Assembly: GCF_964355755.1 (NCBI RefSeq)
Contig: NC_092673.1
Span: 35,027,648 to 35,091,647, forward strand
Length of the DNA stretch: 64,000 nt
Origin: Antedon mediterranea
Lineage: Eukaryota; Animalia; Echinodermata
Reading direction: 5' to 3'
The notes under the pieces were generated by a model, which was given only the letters and a program-made list of their open reading frames with translations, did not search any database and had not been told where the DNA came from. Both the position numbers and the translations under genes were made by a program. This document shows positions 36,701 through 48,000 of this stretch, piece after piece; position 1 is the stretch's first letter, and every line of letters starts with the position of its first letter.

Positions 36701-39700
36701 GTGCCGGCAAATCTGAACAGCAAATCAAGCGTGCGGTACGGTGCAGAAATTGATTTTTTAATTTTTATTGTTCGCACTAAAATAAAAAGAAGTTATTTTA
36801 TCAACAGAATTATAAATAGTTTATCAAATATGAATGATTTGGTATTGTATAGGCCTAAACTGAATATCCTTTATGTTGTAGTTCTGTTGCAGACTCACTG
36901 AAGCGTGGCAATGTTGTAGAAGGCGAGTTTTATCAAAATGTGACCATTTACTTTAGTGATATTGTCGGATTTACACAAATATCCGCCGAAAGTAATCCTC
37001 TTGAAGTCATCGATTTCTTGAACGATCTTTACACTTGTTTTGATGCAATAATTGGGAAGTGTGATGTATACAAGGTTGGTAGGATTTGATACAACATAAC
37101 ACGAAAACACAAGAACAAAACGGGATATGACCGGTTGGGCCGCCGACAAGTTGAGCCGCCGGTGATTTCTATGAAACGCCCAGTGCATGCGTCTTTTACG
37201 AAATTTCGCGTAGTGATTAGGATGGTGTCCTAGTACATAAGTTCATGGTCTTGGTTTATTGTGTCATGAAAATAAATAATATATAATTACATAGGCCTAT
37301 TACAATTAACACAGCAAAGGAAAGTAGTAATATTTAATAATTTAATTGTTTTTAATCTTTCGAGGAAAAAATTCAGTGCACTCATAATTTTTCTCGCGTG
37401 TAGGTGGCCTACCACATAAAGTCACGTTGTCTCTCAGGACTAATTATTAATAGAGTATTAACATTTTTCGAATGAGGTTAAGTAAATATTATTTTTTATT
37501 TACGAATCTTTTAATATCATATTTTATTGAATTTTAAAATGTTAATACACAAAATATTTTACTAAAAAACGTGATTTTATGTAATTATTTTACCGAAAAA
37601 TGGAGTAGGCCTACTTCATACAACTGCCGACTGAATGAGGGGCAACATGTTTACGTCATTTTTGGCTAAAAACGATCACTTTCGGTGATGTTTTATATTT
37701 TGGAATCTACAAGCCAGAGTTTCATAATTATTTCTTTAATTATAATATTTAATAATATATATACTAAAAACCATGATATATAAACGTTTGAATGTACATC
37801 GTTATCACTAACATAAATTGAACGAGCATCGGCGAAAGTTAGCATTTGGCGTTCCATAGAAAATAACGTTTTTCTGGCGGCGGCTCAACTTGTCGGCGGC
37901 TCAACTTGGCCTAATCCAATAAAACATAGGCCTACTAGGTGTTCGTTTTCGCGCGCACGAGAACGGGAAAACGGGAGGCTGCAAATTACGTATTCGATCG
38001 TCAGCATGTGATTGCACTTGAATCTACACTATTTTACGGTTTTAAGTAACTGTGATAATTAAATGATTTAATATTTATAGCAAAATATCAATCAATTTGT
38101 ATGAATCTAAATAAAAGGCCTTTAGTCAACTTTATTTTTGTTGCATTATACTAATACAATAGTAATATAAAAGTAAATAGACGATTTGTTATTGTACTTA
38201 ATGAATGTATTGTAAAATAGGTTGAAACAATAGGGGATGCGTACATGGTAGCAAGCGGTCTTCCTAAGAGAAATGGCGACAGACACGCGAGTGAAATAGC
38301 TAATATGGCACTTAATATTCTGGACAGGGTGAAGACATTTATAATTCGACATATGCCAGAAAGACAATTGGAAACACGAATAGGGATCAACTCTGGTAAG
38401 TGTAAAGAAAGCCGATTTTCGGTAGGCCTACTGTATCATAGGTTATTTGGTAATACAGAAGCACATGTGTTTCGCATGTACAGCATCGCCTAGTATCGTG
38501 ACCATAACCTAACCCGTAACCTACTGTATTCTTACATGATACAGGCGCCACATGTGATACAAATGAGATGCTGTATTACCGAAATTCCTATGATACTGGG
38601 TAAACATTGTTGTATATAGAGATACAACACTGGTAATCGGGTAAAAAAAAGTATCAAGAAACCTATTTAAACAGTTATAAAATCAAGTATTAGAAAATGA
38701 GATACAGATTCTTGATATAAGTTTATTATTTTGATTAAAATGTTTCTAGGCCCTATAGTGGCGGGTGTTGTCGGATTAACGATGCCTCGATATTGTCTCT
38801 TTGGTGACACTGTTAACACAGCTTCAAGAATGGAATCAAACGGCCTACCTCAACATATACACATAAGTGAAAGCACTTACAATATTCTGAATACTATCGG
38901 AGGTTATAGAATGGATAAACGAGGTGATATCAAGATAAAGGTATGAGTTTTCTGTATATATAGTTATCACAACATGGCAGGGCAATTACTGTACTTAGTA
39001 TTGGCCGTTTGTTACGGGGCGCCATACTTAAATAAATGATAACGTATTACACTGCACCCCATATATATAACACTTTTCTATGGTCAAATAATTTATGTCC
39101 ATATACATAGATATGTTAACTTCTGCAATTCTAGAGTGTTTTCCACCCGCTGCCAATATGCGTCTATTTGTGAACACGGTGGTTATCTTATTTCGCAGTG
39201 AGTCAGGGGCGCAGCCAGTGGGGGGGTCACGGGGGTCCTGACCCCCCCTTTTTTTTAGAAAAAATAAATAAAAACATGAGACAACAATACAGATCAAATC
39301 ATCCTGGAGATACTGTGGAAGATTACTACCGAGCAGTATTACCAAATCAACTTCTTGATCATTTACAAACCGAGTTAAAAACCCGTTTTTCTGCCGATAA
39401 CAGGCCATGCTTTAAAATATTTGGCGTAGCACCCGAGTCTATCGTGAAGTGTAATGTTGAAGAAGTCTTCAAGGAACTTGAATTTGGTACGGTGATCTGC
39501 CAAGACACGAACATCTTCATTCCGAGCTTCAGTGATGGAAGCGACTGTGTAAAATTAGCGGATCCAGATGTGTTCCCGAATGTGCGTGCAAGTACTTAAG
39601 TCTTCTAATCGCGTAGGCCTATGCCCGTAACGTCTGCTGAAGCTGAGCGGAGTTTTTCGACTTTGTGGAGAACGAAAACCTGTTTGCAAAATCACATGTC

Positions 39701-41023
39701 TTATGAGCAGCTTTCGGGATTGTGCCTCATGAACATACACTTTAACATGAACAATAATACAGAGAATGTCATTCGCGAATTCTGTCTCCAAGCCAAGAAG
39801 AATGTTCCAAACTTATGTTTAAAGATGCATCACGCGATGTCTAGAGCGCCGTTATAGTAACTAACGTAAAATGTATGATAATAATTTAGAAGTTAGTTAT
39901 TACAATTATGTATAAGATATCACCTATACTATACATTCGAACAAAATAGGTATATTTTTAAACAAAATATTGTATGTACTGGGTATGATAAGCGTCTCAC
40001 ATACACACGGAGCCAAGATAGCTTCTTGGACTTGCACAGTGTATGAACTCTAAACTTACGGTTCTCATTTAATAATATCACTCCATGCTATCATTCTAAT
40101 TTCTTTTTTCAAACTTTTGCAACTCTACGTTCATTTCATGCAACTTTTGTATTGGTGAAAAGGGAGGAATTCAAATAATTCTTCCTCTGAGTTTACAGCC
40201 TCTCTACACAAATCAACAAACAAGCAAGAAAAAAAGTGTTTGTCTGTGGCAGCCTGGAATATAAAAATGTTATGTAATGAAAATGAGAGTTGTTTTTTGT
40301 TTTCTTTGTTTCAGTTTATTAGTGTTAACGTTGTCATATTTGTGTGTGTGTAAACCGATTCAAATGATCTAGATGGCGCTAGACCGCCAAAGCTTCCAGG
40401 GGGCTTCGCCCCCTGGACCCCGACCGGGGGCCCTTGCCGGCCCCCTGGCCCCCAGCCCATGGTTGCTCGCTTCGCTCGCAAAATACTCACATATTTGGTT
40501 GACCCCCCCTTTAATTCTTTGTTGGCTGCGCCCCTGGTGAGTTATATATTTGTATTTATTTTAGGGGAAAGGAAGCATGACAACGTATTGGTTGTTCCGA
40601 TCTGATGAAGAAATACTTAATTCTCAAGAAAATATATACGACGCACAGGATGAATTCAATAAAAAAATGTGAGAAAGTAGATTGGTTTTTAAAAATGATA
40701 TTCTTTAATTCACTCGGTTAAGTTAAGCATGCATTTCCGTGTAGGCCTACTTTTGAACAATCATAATAATATACTAATGTAATAGGCCTATTGTTTTATG
40801 TTTCATTTGTTATTGTATAATATCCTTTAGCTCTACAGTGTCAGAAGTAAGCAATGACAGTCTTCTCAGCCCACCATCCAGAAAAAAACCAGCGGCGAGC
40901 TTCTTTGAATCGCATTCCATACCAGAGTATCCAGAATCGATCAAATCAACACGCTCTATCCCGGGTTATATTGTCGAAAATGACAGACAATCTCAGCTCT
41001 TAAACACACAACGTAACAACTAA
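20216..41023 (+). CDS. Receptor (membrane) guanylyl cyclase, NPR/speract-receptor type, ~1123 aa, 19 exons: 20216-20894, 25283-25517, 25917-25971, 26922-27048, 28990-29060, 29893-30013, 30429-30504, 30948-31035, 31429-31641, 33029-33214, 33761-33929, 34669-34815, 35351-35558, 36430-36570, 36882-37074, 38221-38395, 38750-38940, 40565-40668, 40831-41023
   Basis: Signal peptide. ANF-receptor ectodomain motifs ([46 protein letters not shown]). TM exon 30429-30504. Kinase-homology domain ([25 protein letters not shown]), coiled coil ([16 protein letters not shown]) and cyclase motifs ([51 protein letters not shown]). All junctions are GT-AG and phase-consistent, totalling 3372 nt. Exons 3 and 19 are the least certain. 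Confidence 0.93.
23257..23803. mobile_element. TTAA-flanked MITE (Kolobok/piggyBac-like); 5'-end fragments of the family at ~22618, ~51370, ~62805
   Basis: TTAA|AGATGTATTGTCCC...GGGACAATACATCT|TTAA. Confidence 0.85.
23846..23901. repeat. (TA)n microsatellite
   Basis: Uninterrupted TA dinucleotide run of ~56 bp. Confidence 0.98.
24031..25312 (+). repeat. 63/65-bp tandem array of the intron-1/exon-2 junction of the guanylyl cyclase (20 copies of the acceptor)
   Basis: The unit AAACAGTAATGTTTTATTCCGTGCAG|TTAT(C/T)TGGTTGATAGTTGGTGGAGTAACTA repeats with AG ending at 24062 through 25282. The last copy runs into the conserved exon 2. Confidence 0.96.
27140..27690. repeat. Diverged ~220-bp tandem duplication (2-3 copies)
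   Basis: CTTATTTTT(T/C)AATACAA at ~27143, ~27367 and ~27585, with TATTATTCGGTT recurring at a similar spacing. Confidence 0.6.
27790..27960 (-). mobile_element. 3' end of an RTE-like LINE (fragment)
   Basis: The minus-strand translation [26 protein letters not shown] resembles an RTE ORF C-terminus and the remnant at 51962-52159. Confidence 0.45.
31056..31149. mobile_element. Short MITE
   Basis: TIR GCCAATTTACACTGACGAG / CTCGTCTGTGTAAATTGGC. Confidence 0.65.
31710..32340. repeat. 42-bp intronic minisatellite (~15 copies)
   Basis: (ATGATGATGAAGATATTAATACAGATCAGTAGAGTATCTAGG)n, with near-identical copies. Confidence 0.97.
34849..35027. mobile_element. PIF/Harbinger-type MITE with TAA TSD; related copy ~34220-34476
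   Basis: TAA|AGCGTGGTTCCCACTAG...CTAGTGGGAACCAAGCT|TAA, with ~45-bp TIRs. Confidence 0.85.
35630..35745. repeat. 15-bp tandem repeat (GCACAGGG(T/G/A)GTAGTT) x ~7
   Basis: Seen directly; it gives the TTPCA repeat in a spurious minus-strand ORF. Confidence 0.9.
37136..37905. mobile_element. Probable non-autonomous DNA transposon with GC-rich TIRs
   Basis: CCGCCGACAAGTTGAGCCGCC (37140-37160) is inverted at 37879-37899 (GGCGGCTCAACTTGTCGGCGG), with an AT-rich interior. Confidence 0.65.
39204..40536 (+). mobile_element. hAT deletion derivative with C-terminal transposase (dimerisation domain) remnant
   Basis: 14-bp TIR CAGGGGCGCAGCCA / TGGCTGCGCCCCTG and flanking direct repeat GTGAGT. The broken ORFs 39198-39857 contain [16 protein letters not shown]...[10 protein letters not shown]. 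Confidence 0.9.
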
Positions 41024-41660
41024 ATCGATCAGCACACTTTATTCTTGATTCTGTCGTTGGAAGTGATAGGAAGGTTCAGCTTTCACACAACGTAACAACT
41101 AAATTGATCAGCAAACTTTATCCCTGGTTACGTCGTTGGAAATGATAGGAAGGTTCAGCTTTTACACAACGTAACAACTTAACTAAATCGATCAGCACAC
41201 TTTCGGTTCTGTCGTTGGAAATGATAGGAAGGTTCAGCTTTTACACACAACGTAACAGCCAAATCGATCAGCACACTTTATTCCTGGTTCTGTCGTTAGA
41301 AATGATAGGAAAGTTCAGCTTTTATACACAACGTAACAACTAAATCGATCAGCACACTTTATTCCTGGTTCTGTCGTTGGAAATGACAGGAAGGTTCAGC
41401 TGCTTTACACAACCTAACAACTAAATCGATCAGCACACTTTATCCCTGGTTCTGTCGTTGGAAATGATAGGAAGGTTCAGCTTTACACAACCTAACAACT
41501 AAATCGATCAGCACACTTTATCCCTGGTTCTGTCGTTGGAAATGATAGGAAGGTTCAGCTTTTATACACAACGTAACAACCAAATCGATCAGCACACTTT
41601 ATTCCTGATTCTGTCGTTGGTGGAAATGATAGGAAGGTTCAGCTTTTATACACAACGTAA
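40936..41660 (+). repeat. ~80-bp tandem repeat (~9 copies) beginning inside the last coding exon of the cyclase and extending through the 3' UTR
   Basis: (T/C)AAAT(C/T)GATCAGC at 41021, 41100, 41184, 41260, 41341, 41422, 41500 and 41581. The first, diverged unit encodes [28 protein letters not shown]. Confidence 0.9.
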
Positions 41661-42953
41661 TAGGCCATAAGAGTAGCTCAAAAGATGCCTAGAACATGGA
41701 TTTCGTTCCCACCTCTTGGACCTACATTTTGAAAGTTGATATAATTGTGAAATGAATATGTTACACATACTATATCAAAAGTTCTCCATGAAATACTTGT
41801 ACACACTTTAGAGCAATGGCCTCTCAAAGGTACCCCACTACTTTAAAAAAGGCACTTTTTGAGGTCTGGAGGTACTTTTATGGGCCAATATCTTTAAAAG
41901 TCTTTGTCCAAATGCAATTGTCTTTTCTCTGTGAGTAGTCCAGTATATTGTGAACACTTATCCAAAATGTAAAATTAAAAAAATAAGTATGTTGTATGTG
42001 AGGAAAACTGAAAAATTACAATTATTTAGTTGTAATTGAACTTTTCAAGATTTTTAAGACACAATAATTATCTTCGTAACTAATTGACATACCATATTTA
42101 TATTTTTTCCCAACTATCTGAGAGGGTTGTTAAACAAGATTCAAAGTTTCAGCTTGTCAGCTTCAGGGAGGTTTTATTTATGAAGATGCAAAAACTGAGA
42201 TTTGGCCAATTTTATAGATAATTTTAATATCTTTTAGTCGTTTTTTGAGCAGTTATATTTTAATAATCAACTCTCACTATGTATTTATATTCATGCAATG
42301 GGTATCCTAGTGAGTTAGTGACACACAAGTGAAGTTTCAACGCAAAAGAAATTATTATGCAATAATTATGATTTAACTTGCATTGCATTTTTTTTTGTTT
42401 TTAGTGCCAATTTTGTGTTAACTCGACTCAAAACCGTAAAAGGCACCTGAATAAATACTATGCCTTTTCTGTACAACTACCCGAGAGGGTTGATAAACAA
42501 CCTTTTCAAACCAGCTTGATGATTTTTTTTATATAGGAAGATGTCTTTAAAAAAAATAATTCTTTAGATATTTTTAACTGTAATTTTTCTCAATTTAAAT
42601 GTACGTATTATTAATGACATTATTTAAATAATCTTTTTTCATTTTGTATATATTATATTGGCTCATATTTTATAGTTTAGTTATTTATTTTCAACCTGTT
42701 ATTGGTGTTTTACACTGTTGGTTTGAAATAAAGAATAAAGAATGCACTGCACCAGCTGAGAATTTGCTAATTTTATAGATAATTTTGATGTTTTATTTGT
42801 TTTTGAGGAGTACTAAGCCTACGTGATTTCTTAGAAAGTCATAATAATATTTATATTCATGCAATGGGTATGCTAGTAGGTTAGTGAGCACCTGAGTAAA
42901 TTTTCAACACAAACAATAAATTATTATGCAATAACTTATTTATTGTAACTTAA

Positions 42954-43589
42954 AGACCCCTTCCCTGCAATTTTGGACGTTTTTAGGAAAATAATACATA
43001 TACTGTATATCACTTTAAAAACATTAAACCATGTCATTCCTTGTCTTAAATGTACGTACGTTTTATGGTAAATTATGATAAAAAGTGAGAAACAATGCAC
43101 TACCTAAGTAGCTCGCGGCGATCGACCTCTCGTGGACGGTCTTAGGCCTAGCCTAGCTAGGCTTAGTTTTGTAGGCCTAGCTGGTAAACATCGGTAACGT
43201 ACGAACATCGTACGCGAGCTATATACCTAGCCTGACGTTGTATTAGTTGCTGCATTAATTGTCTTTCTATTTTTGCCAGACTCCGTTGATACAAATTGGG
43301 GAAAACCCGGTATTTTCGCTGAAAAGTTAGGAGTCTTCCATTTGTTTTGGCCTCACGATCGATCGAAAAGTGGGCGAATTACAGGTGAAAAACAAAAATA
43401 TCAATCCGCGCGCAATGCATTTTGGGATTTATAGCGGGCCGCTATAATTATTAGAATCGACTTATTTTTCACATTTTTAACCGTTTAAAGACGAAAAAAG
43501 TTATCGCAATAGGACCATATAGTATTATTTTTACATTAAATATAGTTTGTGATCTTAAATTAGATCTAAAAAACGTAGGGAATGGGGCT
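42954..43589. mobile_element. TTAA-flanked MITE inserted in a larger repeat
   Basis: TTAA|AGACCCCTTCCCT...AGGGAATGGGGCT|TTAA. The joined flanks resemble the uninterrupted copy at ~42350-42415. Confidence 0.75.
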
Positions 43590-45010
43590 TTAAATATTGC
43601 ATTTTTTAGGAGTTTTTAGTGCCAATTTAGGCCAGGAGCTTCCATAAAAACAACCCCCTTTTTTCTGTGAAACACCAGATAAGTAGGCCTGCCAGCCCAT
43701 TTTTACTGTTGTTATATTGATAACATGAATGCAACTCTTGTGGAGAGAACTATTATTGTTGATAATGATATGAAATGGACATATTATTATCAACAATTAG
43801 AAAACAGCCTTTGAAGTTTAGTGGACCATTACCTTGGTCCTATTCAATATCCACAACACATTCTCCTTGCTTGGATACCATTAGTTATTATTAATGGATC
43901 TACATGAAATTGTACACACTTAAACAATGAATACGAATAAAGATTACACTTTAATTTCTTTCAATTTTATTATCATCTTCATATATAAAATCAACATTAT
44001 TAAAAATGCATAATTATGTTGATTAATGGATTATTTTGAGCTACTCTAGGCCAGATCATGATTAGGCCTATACAAATTCTTACACATTCTTCTTCGTTTT
44101 CAATAACTATCCTCGCCGTCAGAATCTTCGTCTATCCCCATCCAGTCTTTAGTATCCTCCTCCTCATCCTCATTTACCCCATTTTCTTCAGCCCCTCACC
44201 GAGTAACAAAATTATGAATGTATGTAGGCCTAGCTAGTCGCTGAACCAAAGATTGTATCGTAGCGGCGCTATACAATCTTTAGCTGAACAGGCAAGAAGG
44301 CCAGCATTTAAAGCGTCAGCTATGACTTTTTCCGATCGTTCATTATCAGAATCAGACATTTCTATTAATTATATCAAACTATTAATTTGAATGATGCAAA
44401 CGAATTATAGTATAGTTTATTAAAATATAGTAAATTATAACACGAAAGTAGGACAATAATGTAGCACACTGTAAACCTCGTGCGAACAGCTTACCAAGGA
44501 AGTAAACAATACGTCTACGCATGCTCACATGTGATTGACCAATCACAGGACGCGATTAGTCCCTTTTGTTTGGCTGTATCTAAGGCCGAAGCCTTTATAA
44601 AAGTGATTGGACTATGATTGCAAATATAAGTTTATTCATGATATTCTGAAAGATGACGTTACAAGCTTTAAAGGTCAGGTACAGGCAAAACATTTCTATT
44701 GATCATACATTCCAATAATTATCGATCTATAGTTTCCCCTATGTTTCATAATTTTTGGGAATTTATTTGTGTTACACGAGCTTCATGAAAATAAGCACTT
44801 TCTTATCAGTGGGATAGTTACACAGTAAAATCTCTATTCTTTTGTACACAAATTTTGTAAATAGAGAGGCATTTTAAAAAGCTATGAAAAATAAACAGTG
44901 TGGTAAAAAATGTTATCAGATGACTAAATATAGGTAATATAACTTGAATATTACATTTCTGGTATTTTTATTCAACTTCAGATTTTTATTTTCATGCTAT
45001 AGCAACAATT

Positions 45011-48000
45011 TGTTAAGTTATCCCCTCATATATAATGCACCTTTGACGTGCCATACTATCATTATTCGCGGGTCCCTTTTTGTGCTGAAACCTCGTGAGA
45101 TGATAAATTAAACACACTTTGCTCTTTAATTTCCGTAGTTTCTGTATTATTATTTCTATATATTCCCGATTCCAGGTTACAATGGATTCAACAGGTTATG
45201 GGCCCAGCCGTTTTCAAAGATTGCTTTTTAACGGAGATGAAGAAAAATATGAACTTTGGGAAGTAAAATTTCTAGGGTACCTAAACACACTAAAACCAGC
45301 GTTAAAAAGCACGATTACGTCTACACAGCCGGAGCCAGCCACCGACGATGACAACCATAAAAATGAAAAGGCGTATTCGGAGCTGATACAATTCCTGGAC
45401 GACAAGTCATTATCGTTGATCATTAACGATGCAACTGATGACGGGAGAAAAGCTCTGTCTATTTTAAGAACCGAATATTCTAGCAAATCTAAACCAAAAG
45501 TGGTGCAACTTTACACCAAACTAACAACACTCGAAATGGGTGAGGAGGACTGCACGTCGTTCATTATCAGAGTGGAAAAGATTATCACATCATTACAAAG
45601 AGCAAAAGAAACACCTAGTGACGCACTTCTAACAGCAATGGTATTAAAAGGTTTGCCTGGAGCATACGCTCCATTTAAAATATACATAAATACACAAGAA
45701 AAAGACATATCTTTTGTAGAATTTAAAACATCCTTAAGAAAGTTCGCAGAATCAGAGAAACTAAATACACCAGAATCTAATAACGACAGAGTGATGAAAG
45801 TTGGAAACCCACAAAACTCCAGAAAATGCTACGAGTGCGGATCACCTAACCACTTGATAAAAGATTGCCCTACAAAAACCTGTAAATACCACAAGAATGC
45901 CAATCACCTTGACAAGGACTGTTTCAGAAATAAACCAAAGGACCAAATAAAGAAAGCGGAGGATGGATTTGAACATTCCTTTTTCTTTCAAGTGTCAGAA
46001 AACATAACATGTCAAGATGGTATTTTAGTAGACACTGGCTGCACCTCACATGTAGTAAATGACCGAGAGAAATTCTCCAGTTTCGATCCAACCTTTAAAA
46101 GCCTTAATCATACTATTGAACTTGCGGATGGTAGCGTAGCAAAAGGTGTTGCAGTAAAGAGAGGACATGCACACATAAACCTGATAGATGAAAACAACGA
46201 GAAAGTAGAAACTGTCTTAAAAAATTCCCTGTACATACCAACGTATCCACACAACATAATGAGCGCAAGAGCTGCAACGACAACAGGAGCAAGAGTAACC
46301 CTTAGTAAAGAAGAAAACACAATCACTAATGCTGGAAGAACATTCAAAATGAGTATTATTGACAACCTATACTACTTACCAACCACAAGTGCACCTAGAG
46401 AAGTAGATAAATTAAGCCTTGTTAAAGATTTACAATATTGGCATAGAGTCCTCCTAGGACATTGTAACTTTGACGATGTACTAAAATTAGAAAAGGTAGT
46501 GGACGGCATGGAAATCAAAGGTAGTAAAGTTAAGGAAACATGTAACATATGCACTGAAGGTAAATTTGTTAATGTAAGAAATAGAGAACCAGACAAAAGG
46601 GCAAATTGTCCATTAGCCTTAGTACATTCTGATCTGGCAGGGCCAATATCACCATTGGCTAAAGACGAATTCAAATACGCCATATCATTTACTGATGACC
46701 ATTCTGGTTTTGTTTTTGTTTACTTCCTCAGAATGAAAAGTGATGCTGCAGCAGCTACCAAACAATTTCTTTCTGACTGTGCCCCAATAGGCAAAGTTAA
46801 GTGCTTGCGAACTGATAACGGTGGTGAATATGTCAGTTCTGACTTCAAAAGCCTAATGACAGATAGAGGTATTAAACATGAGTTTTCATCTCCAAATTCA
46901 CCCCATCAAAATGGAACCGCGGAACGTAATTGGCGCACTCTTTTTGAAATGGGTAGATGTCTTTTGCTGGAATCTTCACTGCCAAAGTCCTTATGGACTT
47001 ATGCAGTAAGAGCAGCGACCTATATAAGAAACCGTTGTTTCAACCAACGCCTAAATAAGACTCCTTTTGAGACCATGACTGGCTATAAACCAAATTTGGG
47101 AAAAATGCACATTTTTGGAAAACCTTGCTACGCATACATACATAACTCAAAGAAACTAGAACCTAAGAGTAAGCGTGGTATATTTCTGGGATATGATTCA
47201 TCTAGTCCAGCATATTTAATCTATGACCCAAACACTGGCAAAGTTCAGAAATTCAGATTGATAAAAATTATATCTGACCAAACATCTAACACCAACCAAC
47301 AAACACAGACAGATGAAAGTGACGAAACAAATGTAAACTTGGAGGATAATGAGAACACAAATGAATCCCAAATTATTGAACATGAAAATACCCCAAATGT
47401 TAATAATTATGATAACTTAGAGGAAAATGACAACAATGGGGTAGATATTGATGATGCCCACAGAAGGTACCCTCAAAGGGAGAGAAAGTATCCCAATTAC
47501 CTACAGGAGTATGAGACTGAATTTGACAGTGATGATTCGATCTATCATATGTCATGTCAAAATGTTCCCTTAACATATACAGAAGCTACAAATTCCCAAT
47601 ATTCAGAAAGTTGGAAAAGGGCAATGGATGAAGAATTACAATCATTGAAAGATAATAACACCTTTAAGATAGTCACATTACCCAATGACAAACACCTCAT
47701 TGGCGGAATATGGGTATTTGCTATAAAGGAATCGGCCGAGGGTAATCACACGTACAAGGAAAGATACGTTGCCAAGGGTTTTAACCAAATAAAAGGCATA
47801 GACTATCATGAGACATTCTCGCCCACAGCCAATTTGACCTCAATTAGAACATTAATGCAAATATCTGTACAACATAACCTTATAGTCCACCAGATGGATG
47901 TGAAATCTGCATACTTAAATGCAGATATTGATACCGAAATATACTTAAGCCAACCTGAAGGTTACGAAATTAAGTCTGAAAATGGGGAAAAATTAGTATT

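Noticed and set aside
45119-45181. N-terminal 21 codons of the 1117-aa ORF
   Set aside because: They start at a TTG inside the LTR. ATG 45182 is the more plausible start.
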